Part shown: piece after piece, positions 57,174 to 64,000 of the stretch
Layout of the letters: each line of letters opens with the position of its first letter
Position numbering within the stretch: position 1 is the stretch's first letter
IMG/VR virus record: IMGVR_UViG_3300047200_000500
Coordinates: 1-64,000 of that record
Length of the DNA: 64,000 nt
DNA from: a virus
Strand: one strand, 5' to 3'
Translations under genes and position numbers: made by a program
The notes under the pieces: generated by a model
What the model was told of the DNA's origin: nothing
Databases searched by the model: none
The model's input: the letters and a program-made list of their open reading frames with translations, nothing else

Positions 57174-58203
57174 ATTTAACAAAAATAAATATTTAGCTGC
57201 CAGATCTAAAAATTCTGGATTTATACAGCCAACACCTGATCAAATAGAGAACTGGATTACTAGGAATTTTGAATATAAAACTGGGAATGAGGATCAAATT
57301 AGAATTTGTAATCCTGATGGTGATACAGAATTTAGATTGTGGATTTCAAGATCTAATGCTGTAGTACACGATTTTAGGCCAAACCACCAACAATTTGATG
57401 GATCTTTTTTGAAGTTTGTTTCCAAGTATAAAAACATAACTTTTAGTGAGGCAGTAAAAGAAGTATGCGGTAGTTCTCCTGTCATAACAAGGTACATGGA
57501 TTCAAAAGAAAAGAATGAAATACAAAATGATGATCCGATTAAAATGCCAGATGGGTCAGTATTGTTGAAAGATTCTATTGGTAAAGCAAGAGACATATGT
57601 ATGAATTATTTAACTAAAGTGCGTGGTTTTTCGGAAGACATATTGTTCAAGGCTAAAATCAATATTTGTGGCACAAGCATGATTATTCCATATTTTCAAT
57701 ATGACATGCTAGTGTTTTGGCAAATGAGATCATTGATATCAAAAATTTTCAAGTTTCCAGATGAGACTGAAACTAATAAAAAAGCTGGTGATTTTATTTA
57801 TGGTTTTGATGATATAGAACCTTGTGCTGAAGTAATTGTTGTAGAATCAATATTTAACAGTTTGAGTGTTGGCACTAATTGTACTGCCACTGGAGGTGCA
57901 ACATTGAAGGATGGGCAGCTTAAATTGTTAAAATCGTTAAATCCAAAAACTGTGATTCTTGCGCCAGATCGTGATGAAGCTGGTGTAAAATCGATTCAGA
58001 AAGATTTCTTTCATTTAAATAAAATGAGAACTGGAGATTTATTTAAAAACATCTATTATGCGATACCGCCAATAGAAGTTGCTAAAGCTGGTAAAAAAGA
58101 TTGGAATGATATGTTATTAATGGGATATGATATTTATAAATTTATACAAGAAAATAAAAGGATTGTTAATTCAAGATTATTATTTGATGGTATTAAGATT
58201 TAG
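57154..58203 (+). CDS. DNA primase (TOPRIM)
   Basis: YL..RG, IIPY, WQMR, IYG, VESIFN, APDRDEAG, KDWND. Confidence 0.85.
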   Translation: MMILMYKFNKNKYLAARSKNSGFIQPTPDQIENWITRNFEYKTGNEDQIRICNPDGDTEFRLWISRSNAVVHDFRPNHQQFDGSFLKFVSKYKNITFSEAVKEVCGSSPVITRYMDSKEKNEIQNDDPIKMPDGSVLLKDSIGKARDICMNYLTKVRGFSEDILFKAKINICGTSMIIPYFQYDMLVFWQMRSLISKIFKFPDETETNKKAGDFIYGFDDIEPCAEVIVVESIFNSLSVGTNCTATGGATLKDGQLKLLKSLNPKTVILAPDRDEAGVKSIQKDFFHLNKMRTGDLFKNIYYAIPPIEVAKAGKKDWNDMLLMGYDIYKFIQENKRIVNSRLLFDGIKI

Positions 58204-58483
58204 ACGGTATTGGCGCATGATATAATATATTTATTCTGCTTAAATATATTTCTCTATAACCTTTTTTATATGCTATTGGAGTATTTTCTCGTAACCATTT
58301 TACCTTATTTTGAAGATTATAATTATATAGTTTGTTCATATTGTTTCTGATAATAGCTGCTTCATGTTCATTAACAGCATTGTCTAATATACATATTAAT
58401 TTTTGGTTAAATTCACCTATTTTTATTACTATCAACTCTTTTTTCTCAGTTCCAAATTCATATTTTAATTGCATTAACATCAT
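58193..58483 (-). CDS. hypothetical protein
   Basis: 96-aa ORF filling the gap. Confidence 0.55.
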   Translation of the reverse strand: MMLMQLKYEFGTEKKELIVIKIGEFNQKLICILDNAVNEHEAAIIRNNMNKLYNYNLQNKVKWLRENTPIAYKKGYREIYLSRINILYHAPIPSKS

Positions 58484-58563
58484 GTCATATTTATTTTTGA
58501 TAATTCTTTTAGATAAATATAAGTATTTTATACCTGAATATTATTCATGGGCAAATATAAAAT

Positions 58564-60057
58564 ATGACTGAAAAAATAGAAATCATTTGTGAAAATTGCG
58601 GAAAAAAAAGATTAATAACAAAAAAATCTTTTTTAAGAAACAAACGTGATGGTATTAAAAAATGTATGCATTGTTATAATGATGAAAATTATAAAAGCAT
58701 GATGTCAATAAAATCAAATAAAGCTTGGTTATCAGAAGATTTAAAAAATAAAGTAAGAAATATTTCAAAAAATTGGGCATATAATAATAGAAAAATTATA
58801 TCAGAAAAAATGAAAGAAATTTGGAATGATGATGATTACAAATTAAATCAGATAATAAAACAAAAAATAACTCATCCAAAAATTATTAAAATATTAAAAT
58901 ATAAAAAATCTATTGATGAGTTAAAAAACGAAGCATCAAAAAAAACTAGTGAAATATGGAAAAATAAAAATTATATCAATAAACAAATTGAAATACATGA
59001 ACATCAAAAAGTTGATAATGATTTTAAAAGAAAAATATCGGAATCATTAAAAATAAAATGGAATGATGAAGATTATAGAAATAAAATGAAAATAATGTTT
59101 TCTGAAAGATTAAAAAAATTATGGAAAAACGATGAATATAGAATAAAAGCTATAAAAGCGATTGAATCAAGTAAAGGTAAAGTTTCTAGTATTGAAATTG
59201 TTTTAAGTTCTATTTTAGATGATTTAAAAATCAAATATGAATTTCAAAAATCAATCGGGTTTTTCATATTTGATTTTTTATTACCAGATTATAATATATT
59301 AATTGAGTGTAATGGTGATTATTGGCATTCGTTACCGAAAGCTATTAAAAATGATAAAGCTAAATCATCATATATTACAAATAATTTTTCAGAATATAAA
59401 CTACATTATATATGGGAACATGAATTTAAATGTAAGGATAAAGTTGTTGAATTAATTAAATATTGGACAGGAACCAAATTTGATATGATTGATTTTGATT
59501 TTAAAGATTTGATTATAAAAATTACTGAATTAAAAGATGCTAGATTATTTGTTGATAAATACCATTATTCTGGAACAATAGGAAATTCAACATATAGATA
59601 TGGTTGTTATTTAAATAATGAATTAATAGCTTTATGTTCATTTGGAAATATAACGAGAAATGAATCAGCAATAAGATTAAATATGAAACTTAACGAATTG
59701 CTTGAACTTACAAGATTTTGTATTCATCCAAAATATCAAAAGAAAAATTTTGCAAGTTGGTTAATTAGTAGATGTATTGATGAAATTAAAAAACTTAATA
59801 AATATAAGTGTTTAATATCTTTTGCTGATACTACTTTTAATCATAATGGTACAATATATAAGGCATCAAATTGGATAAATGATGGAGTTGTTTCTCCAAG
59901 TTATTGGTATATTGATAAAGATGGATATGTGATGCACAAGAAGACATTATGGGATAATGCAAAGAAAATGTCTATGACTGAGAATGAATATTCATGTAAA
60001 TATTGTTATAAGAAAATCTCTGGAAAAGAGAAAATCAGGTATGTTTATTATTTGTGA
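58564..60057 (+). CDS. putative homing endonuclease: NUMOD-like repeats, Vsr/DUF559-like nuclease, Mom-like GNAT domain
   Basis: ISE.LK..W repeats; SSIE, YEFQ, FDF, IECNGDYWH, IWEHE; KYHY, ELTRFC, NFASWLIS, ISFAD..HNGTIYKASNW. Confidence 0.75.
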   Translation: MTEKIEIICENCGKKRLITKKSFLRNKRDGIKKCMHCYNDENYKSMMSIKSNKAWLSEDLKNKVRNISKNWAYNNRKIISEKMKEIWNDDDYKLNQIIKQKITHPKIIKILKYKKSIDELKNEASKKTSEIWKNKNYINKQIEIHEHQKVDNDFKRKISESLKIKWNDEDYRNKMKIMFSERLKKLWKNDEYRIKAIKAIESSKGKVSSIEIVLSSILDDLKIKYEFQKSIGFFIFDFLLPDYNILIECNGDYWHSLPKAIKNDKAKSSYITNNFSEYKLHYIWEHEFKCKDKVVELIKYWTGTKFDMIDFDFKDLIIKITELKDARLFVDKYHYSGTIGNSTYRYGCYLNNELIALCSFGNITRNESAIRLNMKLNELLELTRFCIHPKYQKKNFASWLISRCIDEIKKLNKYKCLISFADTTFNHNGTIYKASNWINDGVVSPSYWYIDKDGYVMHKKTLWDNAKKMSMTENEYSCKYCYKKISGKEKIRYVYYL

Positions 60058-60072
60058 AGATAAATATAAAAG

Positions 60073-62298
60073 ATGAAAATAAATGACAATATCAATAAGA
60101 TATATACAAAGTTTAATCGTGAACGTTTGCAATCGTCATTGTTCACACGTTATCCTGGACATTATAGAGCATTAGTTGTTGAAACAAATGATCCATTAAA
60201 CATGCATAGAATCCGGTTTATAATGCCGGAGCAACACAATTTTGATCTTAAGGATAAACCAGAAAGTTGTCCGTGGGCTGTCCCAGCATTTCCACATGGT
60301 GGAAAGGGTGCTGGAGCATGGTACAGTCCATGTATCGGGGATTATGTTTGGATAGCTTTTGAAAAACAACATCCTTATGGCCCAATTTGGATAGGCCATG
60401 CTGAACCTACAAGACGTAGATTTTATAAATTACATGCTTTATTTCATAAGTCTAATGTTTATGTTGATGACGAGGGTAAGCCAAAAGATATTGATAAGAT
60501 AGATTGGGAAGATACATATCTCTCAAAAGATAATAGACCATATTCGCAGGGATTAAAAGACAGATATGGTAACATGTTTTTAATGGAAATGACTGGTTTT
60601 CATCCAGTAGAACACGAAAAGAAAGCTGCGACTGCTGGATCTGATGCCATAAAAAATTCTCCACAAGCATATAATGAACAATTAGAACAGCCTAAGAATA
60701 ATAATCCAGATTTAAAAATGATGGCGTTGGTTTCTAAATATGGCCATTATTTTGTAGTTGGTGATCAGGGATATGATTGGAAGTCAGAATTTGATGGCGA
60801 TTTTGATAAAGACCACGATAAAGAAAAAACAAGAACTAGTAACCTTAAAAAATTACTGAATGAAAATGAACCAGATAGTTCAAATAAAGATCAAAGAAGA
60901 GTTGAAATAAGAACTAGTTATGGTCATAAATTTGAATTAAGAGATGTTGGATGGTCATCTAAAAAAGGATGGGCAGCTAGTAGTGGTGCAGTCGAATCGC
61001 AAAGCAGACCAGACGATTTATTTGCTAATTCTAATCGTCAATCGTTAGACGACAAATTGGATGAGAGATGGATTAAACTGCGCACTAAAGGTGGAATGTT
61101 GTTACAATTTATGGATATGGGTTTTAACCCAAAGGAGGATGATTTTATAAAACGTTCAAGAGTTGAGGAAATTGGCGGTAAAGTTGATGAGGAAGAAAAT
61201 AATTGGCAAGATCGTGATGCTAGACAAATGAGGTTTATAACCAGATGGGGAACTAAATTTGTACTTGATGATCGTGGAAGTGATGAGAGTCAAGCTGACA
61301 CGAAAGAATCAAAACATGCTAATGGTTGGCTTATTAAAGGAAGAAGAAAAGCAACTTGGACTAATTTTTTAAATAATGCAGATGATGAAAGTTTAAAGAA
61401 TAGAGTATTAAAAAAAGTAGATCGCTCATCACCAGCTTATACTCCAAAACATAAAGATATATCAACTGAGTTAGGATTTGGAATTGATGTTAATGAGAAA
61501 AATGAATTAAATAGAATGTTATTGTATACACCAATGGCTAAAGCTATTGAATTAAATGATAGATTCGGATATGTCTTTATAACCACTGATATGCCAAAAT
61601 CAATAAGTAGACCATGGATGTACAAAAAAGAAAATGAATTTGCAACTGCCATATGTATGGGATGTGATGATCCTGAAAATAACACACATTGTCTGAAGTT
61701 AGATAGGTCTAATACATATAATGTATTATCAACACCACTTGATCAATCTTGGGAGGCAAGAGATGGATTTGATCCTTCATTAGAAGGATTCATGGAAGCA
61801 CGCGATATGGATAATCGTGCTTTGATTATGAGCAAATATTTACAACTTGCCGCATTACATGACCCGACAATATTAAAATATTTAGTTCTAGATGATTCAA
61901 CTGCTTTTATATTATTGCATAATGTTCAAAATAAAATTCAAATTTTTTCTTCAGCTGATGTTGAAATAAAGTCCGCTGCCAATATAAGATTGGATTCTGC
62001 ATCTGATACTACTATTAAATGTTCTAAGTTCATTGTCAATGCTAGTGGTACTGAGTTTGTGGTTGATGGCCAAGGATTTGGTTCAAACAATCCAATGTTT
62101 GCACCAGAAAGTCATGCTCTTCATATCGGTACTATGATAGGTCCAGGTGCTGGTCCAAGTTCTCCCAAGGGTGGTACTGCTCCGCCTGTAACCAAGGAGA
62201 AAACACCAAATATGATACCGGCATTTAGAAAGAATAAAGTTAATGGCCCTTACAATGATGTATCAGAAGAGATAATTAAGGGTGAGGAACAAATTTAA
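60073..62298 (+). CDS. baseplate hub/spike protein (gp5/VgrG-like OB fold)
   Basis: YRALVV..NDPL..RIR..P...WA.P....G....P.IGDYVWIAFE...P..PIWIG; beta-helix-like C-terminus. Confidence 0.8.
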   Translation: MKINDNINKIYTKFNRERLQSSLFTRYPGHYRALVVETNDPLNMHRIRFIMPEQHNFDLKDKPESCPWAVPAFPHGGKGAGAWYSPCIGDYVWIAFEKQHPYGPIWIGHAEPTRRRFYKLHALFHKSNVYVDDEGKPKDIDKIDWEDTYLSKDNRPYSQGLKDRYGNMFLMEMTGFHPVEHEKKAATAGSDAIKNSPQAYNEQLEQPKNNNPDLKMMALVSKYGHYFVVGDQGYDWKSEFDGDFDKDHDKEKTRTSNLKKLLNENEPDSSNKDQRRVEIRTSYGHKFELRDVGWSSKKGWAASSGAVESQSRPDDLFANSNRQSLDDKLDERWIKLRTKGGMLLQFMDMGFNPKEDDFIKRSRVEEIGGKVDEEENNWQDRDARQMRFITRWGTKFVLDDRGSDESQADTKESKHANGWLIKGRRKATWTNFLNNADDESLKNRVLKKVDRSSPAYTPKHKDISTELGFGIDVNEKNELNRMLLYTPMAKAIELNDRFGYVFITTDMPKSISRPWMYKKENEFATAICMGCDDPENNTHCLKLDRSNTYNVLSTPLDQSWEARDGFDPSLEGFMEARDMDNRALIMSKYLQLAALHDPTILKYLVLDDSTAFILLHNVQNKIQIFSSADVEIKSAANIRLDSASDTTIKCSKFIVNASGTEFVVDGQGFGSNNPMFAPESHALHIGTMIGPGAGPSSPKGGTAPPVTKEKTPNMIPAFRKNKVNGPYNDVSEEIIKGEEQI

Positions 62299-62302
62299 TT
62301 AA

Positions 62303-63010
62303 ATGATCATTAATTTTCCAACAGCATTATACACATCGGTATTACCGGGGATTAATCAACCTGGGAATATAACTTATACTATATCAAATCAAAACCCGCC
62401 CAAATCGACCAGTACATTTTTACAACTTCCAAGAACTGAAGAAATTAGAAAATCACCTCAAGCAACATATACAAAATCAGAAAAACGAAAATTCTATAGT
62501 GATCTTATATTTAACATAACCATTCCATCATTATCAACTGAGGGTAATGGGTCTAATACATTCGAAATAGGTCAATTTTTAGATTTTACAGATAATACCG
62601 AAGTGCAATCTGATCCATATTCTCTTGCATCAATAGAATTAAGACAAGACACTGGTGTCGTTAATTATAAAAAGTATGGCCTAAGCAAGAGTGAATATGA
62701 TAATATTGTTAATATAGCTGAACAAAAGATGAATGATATATCTGATGAAATAAATGTGGTAGGAACTAGATTAAATGATAATAAAGAAAATATCTCTTCT
62801 AATCAATCAGATATAAATGAATCAACTAAGCTTTATGATAATATCGTTTTAGTTTTGGGTTCTGATAGCGATGAAGCAAAGAAAGTTCAAAGTAAAATTG
62901 ATGGATACAATCAATTAAAAGCAGATTTATTAACAGAAAGAGATAATCTTTTAACCAATCTTGATGCACTTAGAACCGATTTATCCAAGATTCGTGAGGT
63001 TGTAAGATAA
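62303..63010 (+). CDS. hypothetical baseplate-operon protein with C-terminal coiled coil
   Basis: position between gp5-like and gp25-like genes. Confidence 0.6.
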   Translation: MIINFPTALYTSVLPGINQPGNITYTISNQNPPKSTSTFLQLPRTEEIRKSPQATYTKSEKRKFYSDLIFNITIPSLSTEGNGSNTFEIGQFLDFTDNTEVQSDPYSLASIELRQDTGVVNYKKYGLSKSEYDNIVNIAEQKMNDISDEINVVGTRLNDNKENISSNQSDINESTKLYDNIVLVLGSDSDEAKKVQSKIDGYNQLKADLLTERDNLLTNLDALRTDLSKIREVVR

Positions 63011-63420
63011 TGGCTAAACTGTGGGGCACTAATTTTCCTTTTTATAAAGGAAATACTCTTCTTGGAACTACTAATAAAGTGTTACCAAGACAGGAAGATT
63101 ATAGATTAATAAGAAATGATTATTTACAAGGATTAATGACCATTAAAGGTGAAAGATGGTATAGGCCAGACTTTGGTGGTGATATTCCAAGACTTCAATT
63201 TGACCCAAATGATGTTAATAGCAGAACTGCTATCGAAGATACTATTAGAGAATATACTATCAAATACCACCCAATGATAAGATTGTCAAATATTCAAATT
63301 GATGATGACATTAATGTTCCAAATAAAGTTGGAATTAAAATATATGGTAAGTGGGAAGTAACATCAGCTATGAGCGATCAACTTTTGGCAAGCATAATTA
63401 TCCCAGTCACAGGAGTATGA
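63010..63420 (+). CDS. gp25-like baseplate wedge protein
   Basis: LMTIKGERWYRPDFGG...FDP. Confidence 0.85.
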   Translation: MAKLWGTNFPFYKGNTLLGTTNKVLPRQEDYRLIRNDYLQGLMTIKGERWYRPDFGGDIPRLQFDPNDVNSRTAIEDTIREYTIKYHPMIRLSNIQIDDDINVPNKVGIKIYGKWEVTSAMSDQLLASIIIPVTGV

Positions 63421-63423
63421 TAA

Positions 63424-64000
63424 ATGGCCGTTACTACTGATACTATAAATGTTGCAATAGTATTGCCAGATTCCCCAGAGGAAGTTGGTGTAGTTTTACC
63501 ATCGTCTAGTTTAAGACGTATTGATTTTTCTGCACTAGAATTTGAAACCGCTAGAAGAATGGCGATTGAATATGTAAAAACTTACTTCAGTGCTGACTTT
63601 AATGATTTTGTTCTCAGCAATGGTACAATAATGTTTGTTGAACTTGTTTCCGCTATGACTGGAATATTATCAGAACGTTCTGATATAGTTGCTGATGAAG
63701 CTTTTTTACCGACTGCCCAATCAAGAACTGCCGTTTCTCAGCATTTGGAATTAATTGGCCAAACATTAACAGTTGCTTCTCCTGCTGTAGCTGACATAGA
63801 ATGTACAATTGGCACTCCTTCATCTTTTGATATAGCTATCCCACCTGGCTTGATATTTTCTTTAACTGGACCAGATGGTAGCCCGTTAACTTATGAATTA
63901 TTTAGATCACCAGGAGATTATAGTAGTGATATTGTAATTCCACGTGGTAAAAGAGGGATAGTTGCATTTGCTATCGAAGGACAATTTGGTTCAGATGTTA
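63424..64000 (+). CDS. gp6-like baseplate wedge protein, 3'-truncated
   Basis: own translation: MAVTTD...RRIDFSALEFET...YF..DFNDF..SNG..MFVEL...D..ADEAFLPTA..R. Confidence 0.8.
   Translation, partial: MAVTTDTINVAIVLPDSPEEVGVVLPSSSLRRIDFSALEFETARRMAIEYVKTYFSADFNDFVLSNGTIMFVELVSAMTGILSERSDIVADEAFLPTAQSRTAVSQHLELIGQTLTVASPAVADIECTIGTPSSFDIAIPPGLIFSLTGPDGSPLTYELFRSPGDYSSDIVIPRGKRGIVAFAIEGQFGSDV

Noticed and set aside
1-64000. Stop-codon reassignment as seen in some large phages
   Set aside because: TAA, TAG and TGA all end full-length conserved genes and coding density is high under code 11

Overview
AT-rich (by eye under ~30% GC), densely coding segment of a large, probably jumbo, tailed myovirus-like phage read with the standard code. 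It carries a near-complete replication/recombination set: a DnaE-type polymerase split into two genes ~16 kb apart, DnaQ, a DnaB/gp41 helicase, primase, gp32-like SSB, RecA, a UvsY-like protein, SbcCD/gp46-47, a DinG-like helicase, a 5'-3' exonuclease and a minimal PolA. It also has two head-to-head sigma-factor genes, three free-standing endonuclease genes, many glycosyl- and methyltransferases plus UDP-xylose synthase, two Ser-rich fibre-like proteins, and the start of a baseplate operon (gp5-, gp25- and gp6-like). Highlights: (1) a PurZ-signature synthetase (2-aminoadenine, Z-base pathway) among nucleotide-pool genes, with no recognisable DatZ/MazZ in the window; (2) an unannotated ~510-nt highly structured RNA at 26234-26743 with an apparent promoter of its own, next to an endonuclease gene; (3) an intein-less split DnaE whose active-site residues are divided between the two proteins; (4) a recurrent GTAWWT-A promoter-like motif 11-16 nt before start codons, implying leaderless mRNAs. 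All assignments come from motif recognition by eye; no database searches were run.
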